This document shows positions 1 to 13,105 of a DNA stretch of 64,000 nt, piece after piece. A program made the position numbers and the translations under genes. Within the stretch, counting starts at the first letter, position 1; every line of letters starts with the position of its first letter. Origin of the DNA: Octopus sinensis (lineage: Eukaryota). The stretch spans positions 119,846,001 through 119,910,000 of the forward strand of contig NC_042997.1 in the NCBI RefSeq assembly GCF_006345805.1. The letters run 5' to 3'. The notes beneath the pieces are model-generated. The model was given only the letters and a program-made list of their open reading frames with translations. It had not been told where the DNA came from and ran no database searches.

Positions 1-40
1 ATGGGTATAGGTAAGTATTTCATTTATTTCTTTGCCGCGT

Positions 41-101
41 TTATCACTGACGAAGAGAAGGGTGTTATGAATTAACTCTGAAATCGGGTCTGATATGATA
101 A
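41..101 (+). ncRNA. Minimal type I hammerhead ribozyme (canonical core)
   Basis: TTATCA-CTGACGA-AGAG..CTCT-GAAA-TCGG(GT)CTGA-TA-TGATAA. Stem I is a perfect 6 bp; homologous to 62454-62509 with compensatory stem II change. Confidence 0.85.
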
Positions 102-399
102 TAACGGAATTTTTTAGAAATTTCTGTCGGCTTTATTCGTGATGCGTGTTTATAGTGATGACTTATATGGTTATGGGCGATGTGTCTAGTTTCGGCATAT
201 TTGGCATTAGAATTTTTTTAATTTTGTCCTTGTTTATGAGTTGTATATCTATATGTATTTATATATATATATATATAAACACAAAAACACACACACTAAG
301 ATACATATATACGTACATTTCTCAATATATATATATATATATATGTTGGTTCCCCCCCACAAATAATGTTTTTTTTTTTCATATTTCTTTTATGTTTCA

Positions 400-940
400 A
401 AATTACGATATAAACAATGTTTTTTTAAATCTAAAAATATACTCCCTTGCATATCCTGTAATGCTGTGCCATCTGCCTGGTAGATTGCAATACCCTCTTC
501 CAAAATTCACATGTCTGTGACGTAAAATATTCCTTTACGACTGTTCTTGCCACCTCACCAGGATTCATATTATTTCCGTCCAAAGAATTTTTAAGACTGC
601 GGAATAAATGTTAATGAGATGGGCCAATGTCCAGTGAATATGGTGGATGGGGCATCGTTCCCCATTGAAGCTTCTCCAGCTTTTGGAATATCATCCTTGC
701 TGTATGTGGCCGAACAACATCCTGATGGACGAACACCTTTCGTTTTGAACCCAAAGATGACCATTTTCCTTCTAGCGCCGACTTCCGCCGCTCAAGATCC
801 TCGCAGTAGATCTCCTTCGCTATCGTTTGGTTTGGGTTTGAATGTTCGAAATGGACTAAACCTTTCATATCCACTGTTGCCTTTATTAAATTGAAAAAGC
901 AAAATATGCTGAATATGCCCCACTGTCACTTCCATTATAG
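400..940 (-). mobile_element. Decayed mariner (DD34D) transposase fragment
   Basis: ORF 611-874 contains HQDVVRPHTA and PHPPYSLDIGPS, matching mariner HDNARPH and HPPYSPDLAPSD motifs. Confidence 0.8.
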
Positions 941-1094
941 CTTTGAAAAGTAACTGTTAAAACTAAACAGTACTCTTCTAAAACTTATCATTACCTGCAT
1001 TTATAGCAAGTTGATGCAATAAGTTTATCCCGTTCTTCTCCGACGCTTAGTTCATGGAATTTCAAAGACCGCATTATTTCTAGGATGATCCAAT

Positions 1095-1251
1095 ATAGGA
1101 GTGGCAGTGTGGTAAGTAGATTGCTTACCAACCACATGGTTCCGGGTTCAGTCCCACTGCATGGCACCTTGGGCAAGCGTCTTCTACTATAGTCTCGGGC
1201 CGACCAAAGCCTTGTGAGTGGATTTGGTAGATGGAATCTGAATGAAGCCTG

Positions 1252-1289
<38 letters not shown>

Positions 1290-1450
1290 TATATAATGGT
1301 GTGTTTAAGTCCACGTAACTTAGTGGTACGTCAAAAAAGACGGATAGACTAAGTAATAGGCTTACGAAATTACGTTCTGGGATCGATTTGCTCGACTAAG
1401 GCGGTGCTCCAGCATCGCCTCAGTCAAATGACTGAAACAAGTAAAAGAGT
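1095..1450 (+). mobile_element. tRNA-derived cephalopod-type SINE (family A) with internal (TA)n
   Basis: Head GGAGTGGCAGTGTGGTAAG..GGTTCAGTCCC (A/B box-like), ends ACTGAAACAAGTAAAAGAGT. Further copies at 11025-11412 and 13950-15460. Confidence 0.8.
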
Positions 1451-1470
1451 AAAGAGTGTGTGTGTGTGTG

Positions 1471-1511
<41 letters not shown>

Positions 1512-1534
1512 TATATATATATATATATATATTA

Positions 1535-1767
1535 TATAATTTTGGAAAATTATCAATTACACCAAGTAGTCTTCGGCATGTAAAAGCCCATTCGAGGAAA
1601 ATTTAAGTAATACTAAGCAATAAGGGTTTAGCAACGAGTTGCCTTACCACATACCGAATTTAGAAATCCCCCCTTTTTTGTAGAAGAATAGCTATAATAA
1701 CCTTTGACTGCTATTTCTAAATTCGGTATGTGGTAAGGCAACTCGTTGCTAACCTTATTGCTTAGTA
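1535..1767. repeat. Fold-back solo terminus of a (TA)n-embedded element
   Basis: 1611-1668 is the reverse complement of about 1712-1767. Start resembles the terminus at 60845-61032. Confidence 0.75.
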
Positions 1768-1800
1768 TATATATATATATAATATATATATTATATATTC

Positions 1801-1847
1801 AGGCCTGCTGATGAATACGTAAGTATGAATCACTGTGATACAGGTCT
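1801..1847 (+). ncRNA. Hammerhead-like motif lacking one A of GAAA
   Basis: AGGCCTG-CTGATGA-ATAC(GTAA)GTAT-GAA-TCAC(T)GTGA-TA-CAGGTCT; all three stems pair. Confidence 0.6.
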
Positions 1848-2273
1848 ATATTTTTTAAATGTCTTACTTTGAAAAATTGCATTCGGTGGATTAGTAATAT
1901 TTTTTTGTAGAAATGACTAATTGTCCCTCTAGCGTGTGGCATGTATGTATAATGCTCTCTGGCATGTATGTATAATGCCCTCTATATATAAATTAATATG
2001 TTCAATAAGAAATAATTATTTTCGAATTTATTCTCTTATGAGGTTTTCACGCTATCTCCCTGACAAGTTCTTGTTAAGTTTTCCTTATTAAGTAGTTGTC
2101 CTTAATTGCTAAATTTTTATTCCGAAAAAAAACTTTTCTTTCCCGAAATGCAATTCGTAAAAGTTTGCCATTAACAGGATGTAATATATGTAAACTCACC
2201 CATGTGCTTCGTTGATGTTGATCAGTTAGCTGATCGGCTTAAGCGGGCAGGGTCGTTTATTTATGATACATTC

Positions 2274-2320
2274 AGGCCTGCTGATGAATACGTAAGTATG
2301 AATCACTGTGATACAGGTCT
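2274..2320 (+). ncRNA. Hammerhead-like motif lacking one A of GAAA (second copy)
   Basis: Identical to 1801-1847. Confidence 0.6.
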
Positions 2321-2604
2321 ATATTTTTAAATGTCTTACTTGAAAAATTGCATTCGGTGGGATTAGTATATTTTTTGGTAGAATGACTAATCGTCCCTCT
2401 TAGCGTGTGGCATGTATGTATAATGCTCTCTGGCATGTATGTATAATGCCCTCTATATATAATTATATGTTCAATAAGAAATAATTATTTTCGAATTTAT
2501 TCTCTTATGAGGTTTTCACGCTATCTACCTGACAATTTCTTGTTAAGTTTTCCTTATTAAGTATTGTCCTTAATTGCTATAATATATTATTATATATATA
2601 AACC

Positions 2605-2671
2605 GAATTAGAAATAGCAGTCAAAGGGTTATAGCTATTTAGCTATAACCTTTGACTGCTATTTCTAATTC
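2605..2671. repeat. Near-perfect ~32 bp hairpin between (TA)n tracts
   Basis: GAATTAGAAATAGCAGTCAAAGGGTTATAGCTA-TT-TAGCTATAACCTTTGACTGCTATTTCTAATTC; shares sequence with 1689-1724. Confidence 0.85.
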
Positions 2672-2696
2672 TATATATATATTATATATATATTCC

Positions 2697-2738
<42 letters not shown>

Positions 2739-2897
2739 CAGTTGTATACTGTCAACTTAACGTGACAGTCCCATAAAGGGAATCACTCACGGCTATTTAG
2801 CCTAGGAAGCATCAACGCTTCCTATCGGCCTTGACACATTTCCTGAGTCCTTATGTTTACAAGGGGGAGACAAACACCCCATCAAGCTAAGCCTGCA

Positions 2898-2939
2898 TCT
2901 AGAGACTAGTTTCTGAGTCTTGCTCATCATCGGTCTGGA
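2898..2939 (-). ncRNA. Minimal type I hammerhead, U4C core variant
   Basis: Minus strand: AGA-CCGATGA-TGAG(CAAGA)CTCA-GAAA-CTAG-TC-TCT. Confidence 0.7.
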
Positions 2940-3380
2940 GTAGCATGGCTAAGTAGCTGGCTGCCCATGCCTGTGTAGACAGATTAGATTGATGAAGCAG
3001 CGTTCTATATACTATGATGAACATTAAGTAATTCAGATTGTCGCAAATATGAACATAATTTCAGAAGTTTGTAATATACAGAGCATATTCAATCTACAAA
3101 ATGCATAAAGAATATTCTGCCCCTTTTTTTCTTACAGCTGTACAATGTGATGTACTCGTCAATGGCTATCTTCGACAGCAAATTAAACTGTATTATCGTG
3201 ATTAAAGTAAGTTTAACTATAATCAATGTCCGCTCCCCCGTCAGCAACCAGGTAAATGTTCTAGAATAAGAAACTGAATCATAATTTTTCCATAGCAGTA
3301 TTGAGCTCTCCATAGTTGCAATTATATACCTGCAAAGAGAGTAAATACTGTTTAACTAAATGTATATATATATATATATA

Positions 3381-3422
<42 letters not shown>

Positions 3423-3435
3423 TGTGAATGTGTGT

Positions 3436-3478
<43 letters not shown>

Positions 3479-3948
3479 AATTTCGTTGCGTTTGAAAACA
3501 AAAGAAAAGATTTAAAACAACGATCAGTGAGGTCACATGATCACTAGTACCTGAGGATGTCATGCAGCTTATACTAGAACTTAATAATTGATTATTCACC
3601 GGAAGGCTGCAGCTATTTTTAGAGTTTGTAAAAGAGTTGTATAATTTCTCAAATTAACAATAATAAAGCTCTTGAATTTATTGCCTATAAGAATCCGGTG
3701 TGCTTTCGGAATATTCAGGTACAGTAATTTCCAAAACATTATTGAAAATAATATATTTTAATGTTTGTTATTGAATTATACTCTTATAGAAGTGAGGGGA
3801 ATTCAACAATACATTTATCGGAAAAGTAGACATATTCTCTTGAGTCTCAAAAACGCGACTATTAGCATGTGCTGAATACGACATGATATAAAATGAAAAA
3901 ATGTTACACACACAAACACACACATACTCTCTCACTCTCTCTCTCACA

Positions 3949-3985
<37 letters not shown>

Positions 3986-4096
3986 ACACACGCAAACACA
4001 CTCACACACACACTCACACGCAAACACACTCGCACACACACGCTCACACACACATGCACGCGCACATACACATACGCACAAATGTATATATATATA

Positions 4097-4478
4097 CTAG
4101 CAGTATCACCCGGTGTTGCTTGGGTTTGTTTCGACCCTTTAGAATTGGAATTTTTGAAAAGTAAAAATTTTGCATTATGCAACTTGTTATTCTCTTCTAG
4201 TGAACTGTTTTCCAGTTGAAATACACCGAAAAATCGTGACACAGCAGTCAAAAATCGTAAAAAATAGGATTTTCATAGAAAAAAAGCACCTTTTTGATGT
4301 AAATAATTTTTGCTGATAACATGGTCCGATTTGAATTTTATCTTCTACGCAATAAAGAGCAAGCCTTCTTCTATCATAGTTTTGGTCAACTTGCGCTGCA
4401 AGGTCTCGAAGGAGATAGGGTTAGTTGAAGGCTACCAAACCTGCCACACACAGACAACTTCAGCTTTATAAGTTTAGA
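4097..4478 (-). mobile_element. Non-autonomous Helitron-like element
   Basis: Minus strand begins TC and ends GCAACACCGGGTGATACTGCTAG; 3' end homologous to 6490-6519. Confidence 0.6.
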
Positions 4479-4479
4479 T

Positions 4480-5202
4480 TTGCTACACACTACTTTCCAT
4501 CCTTAATAATGAAACGTGGTAGATCCAAAAGTTAAACACACAGACGCACATACAGACACACACAAAGACACCACACAAGTTGAGTTTTATATATATAGAT
4601 TTCTCAACGGGGATTTCAGGGGAGAGTTTCAGGGAGTCGCTGGCGATGTATCGTGATGATCAAAAATCCGGCCTGCTAAAATTTGGTTAAAGTGATTCAA
4701 ACTGAAGACTCAAAAATGGTCACATTTAATTCAAAGCGTTAAAAATGTTATGAAAACAATTGGTATGGGTTCCAAAAGTCCAAACGATTAATACGAAACA
4801 ACCCTCCAGGCTACATCCCGAAAATTCATTTCTTTGCCAAATTTCTACAATGTTTACGGCGATTCGTTTTAAAATCTTGATTTTTTATTTTTCATGCAAT
4901 TTACGCATGCTTGCACGCGTCGTGAACACAGTTCACGTCAAACAGCTGCCTGAGTAAAGTTCACTATTCAATGCATGGGATAAGGCCCAAACAAACACAT
5001 TATCGATTTTTGCACTTGCGAGATGAATTTCGGAACAGAAATAACGCAGTTCAATTTTCATTCGCCTAAACTGTAAGTGACTCATTTTTGGTGGTTTGAC
5101 GATTTGTTAGCTAGGAAGCGATGTACCGGGAAGTTAAACACACACAGACACACACACACAGATACACACACCGACACACAAGGTGAGTTTTATATATATA
5201 GA
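4480..5202 (-). mobile_element. Two stacked Helitron-like 5' fragments
   Basis: Two TCTATATATATAAAACTCA-type starts (about 4599 and 5202), each followed by a (GT)-rich stretch. Confidence 0.4.
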
Positions 5203-5304
5203 TATATATATATACACATATATACATACATGCATACATCCATACATTTCTACATATATATATGCATTTAAATATATGCATACATCTATTCATTTATATA
5301 TGTA

Positions 5305-5335
<31 letters not shown>

Positions 5336-5358
5336 ATCTATCTATCTATCTATCTATC

Positions 5359-5417
<59 letters not shown>

Positions 5418-5820
5418 TCTATAAAAAACGAAGAAAAAGAATATGACAAGAAAAAACAACAACGCGAGAACGATTTGCAATTTTTATAATTCTACAACTT
5501 CACAATTTCACAATTTCTGGAGTAACAATGGAATTCAATAAAAGTAGGAATGTTGGTTAGAACGTTCCAAAATATAGCCAAATGCTTATAGCTTTAGGTG
5601 CGCTGAAAGTTAAGAATCCTTAACATGACCACCAAACCATAACATGTTAGCCACATTCTGATTGGTCGAAATGCAGTTAGAACTTAGCTGGCGTGCTCCC
5701 CAATCCGTGAAATCTAAGCCAGAAACATGAGATTCAGCCTGATGCAGCGCATCGGAGGGGCTTAATGTATAAATCCAGCCGTTGAGCGCCAGTTGCCAAT
5801 TGTGGAATGCGACTGTCATC

Positions 5821-5866
5821 ACATAAACCTGAGGATTGCGTAACGCACGAAAGTACTAATTTATGT
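5821..5866 (+). ncRNA. Minimal type I hammerhead with mismatches at the first pairs of stems I and II
   Basis: ACATAAAC-CTGAGGA-tTGCG(TAA)CGCAc-GAAA-GTAC-TA-ATTTATGT. Confidence 0.7.
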
Positions 5867-6095
5867 CAATATTGTACAATTATCTAAATTGCAAATATTA
5901 AAGCATGAAAATCAGTTGGAATTTCGTTGACTTATATATTGTTCTATACACAACCAGGCAATCTCGGAAATATATATGTATATGTGTGTGAGAGAGAGAG
6001 AGAGAGTGTGTGTATGATAGTGTGTGTGTGTGTGATAGTGTGTGTGGGTGAATGTGCAGGTGAAGGTGTCTGTGTTTGTGTGTACCTTTATATAC

Positions 6096-6140
<45 letters not shown>

Positions 6141-6142
6141 TA

Positions 6143-6519
6143 TCTATATAAACAGCAGTTTGTCTGTGCGTTTTCTGTGTGTCTGTTTTCTCGTACCCTC
6201 ACTCTGACCACGGCTTTCAACCGATTCTGATGAAACTTGACACACACATAGCCCAATGTCATAATTCAAAACTAACGCAGCGAAAATTTTGAAAAGTTCC
6301 CCCAGTTCTGAAAAAAATCGATAAATTCGACATGGGGTCGAGAATCAGAAACCCAAACCACAGACCGTCTAGGGGACGCAACTCCACCTTTTTAACTCTC
6401 AAAAATAATTTACCATCATTTTTTTCCCATTTTTTTGCTATTTTTTGGCTATAACTCTCTAAAAATGCTTTATAGTTATTTCCCTTACAAACCTGAGCAA
6501 CGCCGGGCGAAACTGCTAG
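6143..6519 (+). mobile_element. Non-autonomous Helitron-like element
   Basis: 5' TCTATATA, 3' GC-rich CCTGAGCAACGCCGGG then CTAG. Inserted between A and T with no TSD. Confidence 0.65.
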
Positions 6520-6829
6520 TATATATATACATATATATATGGTGCAGCGTATGCAAGAGCGGGTTTTGTTAAGCAAATGCGTGAAATGTTTCAAGTCAAC
6601 TTCCAAGTGAAGGCTTACCGGTAAAAAGAACCACGAATTTGTTAAAGAAGTGAAGCGCGACAAGGTCAGTGCTATGCCCTAAAACAAAGCGACCCTAGAG
6701 TTCAAAACCCAGAATTTCTTCAGGAGATTTGCCAAAGGATTAATTCACGTCCAAAGAAGTCAACACGAAAATTGGCACAGCATCATACATAAGCAGGAGG
6801 GTATGCCATAAGGCTGTTGAAGTTGAAGC

Positions 6830-6880
6830 CATTTCTTGTCACATTTCTTGTCACATATCTTGTCACATATCTTGTCACAT
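6830..6880. repeat. 12-bp minisatellite (CATWTCTTGTCA) x4
   Basis: Direct reading. Confidence 0.9.
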
Positions 6881-6992
6881 GTGTGCATCAATTGAAAGTG
6901 GATGAACAGAGCAAATGAGTCAAATATTGCACATTTCATCTGAATAGTTTTTTACAAGCGATTGAAATGACACTCAGAAACGAAAGGCTTAC

Positions 6993-7027
<35 letters not shown>

Positions 7028-7246
7028 TACACACAAACAAACATATACAAATATATACGTACATACTTAAACACACACACACGCACACACATATATACAT
7101 ATACATATATGTGTGTGTGTGTGTGCACTGGCTCCATTACTAACGTCCTGGCTATAACCTTGGAGCCCTTATAATCCGTTTCAGCACTTACCTAGCGTAC
7201 CTAATCGTTTAGATCACCTGCGAACTAAACCTCCATACTTTGCATG

Positions 7247-7312
<66 letters not shown>

Positions 7313-9802
7313 TGTGTGTGTTTAGACATTTACTTATGCTAATTAATTATCAAATTGATGTCTATTTCTGTCGGGAGCCATTTAGCATAATGATAAAGCA
7401 CTCATCCAGTATCAGAGTGTGGTTTCGATTCCCACAGTTGGTAATTTTTTTCCATCTTGCAAGGGTAAAATACACAATCTTTCTCTGTTTTTCTGGCAGC
7501 TCTACGGCGTTAAAGATTTACTTTCTTCAGCAATATATATGTACATCGTATTATCGACCCGAGTATCAAATGAACTTATATACTTCCCTAGATTACGCTT
7601 AGATCATTTACTATATTACATCGAATAAATTTTAACTCTATAATTTGTTATGTTATTTGTGATGTTTCGATCCTTTGAATATTAAGTAGCATTACCATCA
7701 ATATGCCTGTACCTATGTTTACTAAAGGGTATCTAATCTGCCGAAATTTTGCCGAAACCTACAAGAAAGGAACAAGTTGTTGCACAAAGCACGCATTTTC
7801 TAAAGAAGATATCTGCATAATATCATGTGTTTTAACCGTCCATACTGTTACTATTTCTTTGAACCCATATGGTGGACTAGCATCTCATTATTCTCTGAAA
7901 GGTTATTACCATTTTGTACAATAAGTATTTCATGTCATTTAAGCTGATATTGTATATGATACGCGAAATTATATATAAATATTGTGCACGATATTAAAGA
8001 AAAGAATCTGATAATGTCTTTCAGAATATTCAATTTAATCTGATTATTTCTGTAACAGACGGGAAACTGCTCGTGCATGGTACACTTTAACAGCAAAACA
8101 AACTATATTACTTTAATTACTGTATGTTGAAAATAATGGATGATAACTGGCTCTGATATATGCATTTTTACCTCTTTGTCAGGCTGGCGGTTACTATGGT
8201 AACTGTATTGTTAGCAATATGCATAATTATCTTGTAGAGAAAAGACAATTTTCTCAACAAATTTAAGTATAATTTCTTTGTAGGATTTGTAAAAAGAAAA
8301 AAAGTTTTTCAGCAGGATACATAAATGAAATAATGCAACCGATTTCGATTCATCTTCAAAAATGTAAGAGAACTATTAGTGATGTCATATAATCATTTAC
8401 CTTTAGAGATCTCATAAGTTTTATACAAAATCCTATTAAATATTGGATAACCGCAATGCGATAATTTCAATTTCGAAACCATGTGAGTTGTAAATTTTCT
8501 GCCAACACAAATCTCTTGAAATTATTGCGTAGGATAATGATGAGTTGGGGTCAAAAAAGGAAGTGACTTTATTGCATTTTTGAAATTGAGTTTACATATA
8601 TTTTTTTACAGAAATTCATTACTTTAGAAGAACTATATCAGCAAATCAAAAGGCTTTCCCTAATTGCATTAAAAGCGCTACAGAATAATCTGTTCACTAT
8701 TTCAGAAAATTATCGGTGTTCCTTTTCAGTATTTAAACGACAAAATTTGTTTCGGGAAAATGAGTGAACAACAGTGAGGTAAATTTAACAGCGCAATTCG
8801 ACAGGAACCAAACTCAAACACATCAATATCCATCCCAAGACATCGCAAAGATCGGAAATGCAACAAGAAATTTAAATATCTAGGTCAAATGAAAGAAGAT
8901 TATGGGGAAATTACACATGATATGACAGAAAGGAAAGTCGACTATATCTTTTAAAATTTTAAACTAAAATATTCTCTCTAGCTTTTTCGCTTTCTAATGG
9001 AATGTGCTCTTCATGTTATATTTACACACCACGAAGAAACTAAAATTAGATATTGCTCATTATATCCCGTTTGCTTTGAACTTCTTTAATTTGAAAATTA
9101 TCAAATTATGCATCAGTGTGGGATAGAAATGACAATGAATCCAACGGAGAAACGAGTATTGATTGTTAAACATCAAACATTGTGGAGATATATTTTAGAA
9201 ACCTCAATTACAATCTTTTCAAATTCGAGGAAATATTTCTTGAAAAATGAGGTTCTGCCATATGAACATCTGCCGCTTCTCTCATCTTCCACAATAACAA
9301 ATATACTGACCCATTTTTACTCCCAAAGGCGATGCATCAGTATAAAATAAAGATGCGATACTTGCAATGTAATGCTTCCAAAGAGGCAGGGAAAAAATCA
9401 GAAATCAGAAGATACTCATTTTGCCTCGGTTATTAATTGTACCCCGTGAACTAATTTTGTCCCACCTGCTATATCTTTTAGCGTTTATATTTCACTTGGT
9501 TCTGTTATGTGACTGTTTCAATGCTGAGTCACAATACCCTGAAGAATTTTAGTCGAATGAATGAAAGTATGTATGCATGTATGCATCTGTATGCCTGCTT
9601 ACCTGTCGGGCAATGTATGAATGTGTGTCTGTCTGCCTGCCAAAGTATTTATACATGTGTGTAAGAGCGTAGGCACGAAACGGAAAATAATTTCTCGATT
9701 TCCGAGCGTTAATCTAATACATCTGTTTGTTTCTTACACACCCGTTTTCGTCTTTTGTTCTTATTTTTTAAATTGTCCCTATATATATATTTATATATAT
9801 AT

Positions 9803-9849
<47 letters not shown>

Positions 9850-11024
9850 TATAGAGGACATTACTATACATAAATACCACACGCTAGGAGGTACTCTTAA
9901 AGTCAAAACTACCAAAATAAATAAACACATCGTACTGAATGCGAGGGAATGAAACTCTCGAAGCGAGCCATCCAACAACATCTGGTATTTATTGACAAAT
10001 GTATCTCGTGTCAGGTACTAGCTCATCGGAGTGAAACTACCTTGCGCGGTATATTGTCTTAAATGTAATTCCATTCTAAGCAATATTCTCGAGCTCACTC
10101 GAGCGGCAACTTGAAGTTAGGTTAAATACCTTTTCCACGTCAATTCTATATTTACATAAAACCGGAGGCAAAACGATATTTTGTATGAAGAATATATACG
10201 TGTTTAGAGTTGTGTACATTCCTCCGGCAAATGCGAACAGGCTTTAAAATATTCAAGATAAATAATATTTCTGAAATATTTTGTACTCGAATTTGAAGAG
10301 AAACTTAATTCAAGTTAAACTTTCACTGATGGCGACGATCCGATTCTATTTATGTAAGTAGAGTTGTAGGCCTACATTTCTGAATGAAGATGTTAACAGC
10401 TATGAATGCTTAACATTTATTAGTATTTCATGGCATCAAAAATGAAGTTATGTTTCTATTAATTTTAGCACACATCACGTGTAGTATTCCTTATTTTAAG
10501 TCTGACTGATGAACAGGGGATTTGACACACTCGTATATGTATCTCAATGATGCCAATTCTTAGAATTACAGTCCATCATTCTATTGATGAATATATTTAC
10601 ATTGCGACTGTGCATGTGATATAAATGTCCAAAACTTTATTAAATCCCGCAAAAGAACAAGCACAAAACACAACGTGAGGACATAGTGTATGTTAGGAAT
10701 TAACAGACGCTCATGGAAGGAAAGAAAGATGGTTTCAAGTTTTGTGCAACCCTCACCTTCGGAAACAGAGGAAAGTCCACATTGAAAGAAGACGAAGCAA
10801 GAAAATCGCCAACGATTCTCATGTGGTTACGTCTTGAAATGAGCGGAAGGGAATGGATGAAGAAAAAATTATTTCTATGACAGCAGAGCGTAAGAGAAAG
10901 AAGTATGTGGTTGTATGTGTGGGTGTGTGCGTGCGTGCAAGACCGTGTGTGTAATAGCATGTGTGTAGGCGTATGTGTGTGTATGTGTTGTGTGTGTGGT
11001 GTTTGTGTGGTTTTGGCTATTTAT

Positions 11025-11412
11025 ATGTACTCTTTTACTTGTTTCAGTCATTTGACTGCGGCCATGCTGGAGCACCGCCTTTAGTCGAGCAAATCGACAC
11101 CGGGACTTATTCTTTGTATGCCCAGTACTCATTCTATAGGTCTCTTTTGCCGAACCGCTAAGTGACGGGGACGTAAACACATCAGCATCGGTTGTCAAGC
11201 AATGCTAGGAGGACAAACACAGACACACAAACACACACAGGCATATATATATATATACATATATACGACAGGCTTCTTTCAGTTTCCGTCTACCAAATCC
11301 ACTCACAAGGCATTGGTCGGCCCGGAGCTATAGCAGAAGACACTTGCCCAAGATGCCACGCAGTGGGACTGAACCCGGCACCATGTGGTTGGTTAGCAAG
11401 CTACTTACCACA
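11025..11412 (-). mobile_element. SINE family A
   Basis: Reverse-complement homology to 1095-1450. Confidence 0.85.
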
Positions 11413-12996
11413 TGTATGATTGAAATTTGTGTCCCTTAATGTTATAGGAAGAAGTCAGCAGCATGATACTTGGGAGTGGCGGCGCTTTGTGTTGTTGTGT
11501 CTCTTCACATGTGCGTTGAGGAATGGTCAGTCGAAAAGAGTTTGCCTGGCAGCTTGATGTGTGTGCGTGTGTATGTATGTATGTGCGTGTATGTATAGGT
11601 TGTGTGTGTGCTTTGTTCGTTGTGTGTGCTTGTGGTGTGTGTATGTGTGTATGTGTATGTGTATGTGTATCTGTGTGAGTGGAGTTGTGTGTGGGGTTGT
11701 ATGTGTGATGTATATGTGCGTTCCTATGGTTGTGGTGTATATATGTATTCTTGTATGTGTCTGTGTGCGTGCGTGTGCGTGCGTGTATGTGAGTGTATGT
11801 ACGTATGTGTATACGCCTACGAATGTGTAACTGGAAAGTCGGCCAAAAAGTATCATATAACTAAAAATTAAGATATATGTCTCATTTATTACCGCTACAT
11901 GGTTGCAGGTAGAGGTATTGGTTTCAATCGTGTTTCAGGGATATATGGCATCATGACTGGCACGAAATGATTAGAGTTTAGGATCGATCCGGTACCAGAC
12001 AAGGATTCTGGATTATTATATCTTTTTTTTTTACTTAATTTTTGAGAGCTGTACGGTTCATTTTTTTTTGTTTTCTCGTTTGTGAGAGCAGTATATTTTA
12101 TTTCAGATATTCTTATTTAAATAATAATCTCGGGCTAATCGTTGAGAGAACGCTGGTATTATCTTGTTGGAGGGTTGCGCTCTCTGAGCGCTCTTAGAAC
12201 AATGTTAAACACAGAGTGTTGCCTCATAGCTGATATTGTGTTAAGATATTCTCTCCCCCGAGCACTGTAAATGAATAGAATTAATTGTTTAGTGGGACAA
12301 TAAAAAAACTAAGTCAATAAGGAATAATATTATCATTTGTTAGACACATAACTTTATCATGCCCATACCTATACCTACCTCACCACATCAGACATAACCT
12401 TCACCGAACCTTACATATATGTATAGTTAACCTTATGATCGTTTCCTTCATTAAGGTTAAGAATAAATTAACTAGTGTATTTTTCTAATACTATCGATAA
12501 ATTATTTATTCTGAAAGTGATATTTTCCTTTCGTCAGGCAACATGCAATTTTGCAAAGACAAACTCTGGGGTTCAGTTATTATTATATTACATAGAAAAT
12601 TTTTTAAAAAATGTGTTACTAATGATTTAAGAATTTGGTTTTTGAGTCTCTTTTCATTTTATGCAAAAGCCTTTGTTTGTACCTAGTTGGTAATTTAGTT
12701 GAGATAAGTTTATAAATTGTTTTATTCTTCTTTACTAAAACATACCCAACGTTATTTCAGCAAACATGGGGGATGAGACGAAATATTGATAGGCAGATAG
12801 ATAGACGGGCCGATAAATAGACAGGCAGGCAGATAGATAGAAAGACACGACGCCACTATCTTTTCCGTCTAATAACTAACAGTCTAACGGAAATAACTAT
12901 TTTCCGCTTTTGCTTCTTTGTAATTACTTTTCGTTTTCCGGTTTTTCAACCTTCCACTTTTTATATATACTGCCTTGTTGCCTTTTCTCGCTTCAT

Positions 12997-13105
<109 letters not shown>

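Larger units (their letters stand above)
1798..2578 (+). mobile_element. Non-coding element with ~310 bp direct repeats, each starting with a hammerhead-like motif (retrozyme/pLTR-like)
   Basis: 1798-2110 repeats at 2271-2578 (period 473). Flanked by (TA)n; no ORF. Confidence 0.75.

Noticed and set aside
1095-1170. tRNA-like sequences at SINE heads
   Set aside because: No complete cloverleaf; they continue into SINE bodies.
9660-10040. Possible HHR remnants near 9665, 9935 and 10000-10030; similar ones near 8345, 20965, 22360 and 34310
   Set aside because: Multiple core or stem mismatches; not distinguishable from chance without family alignments.
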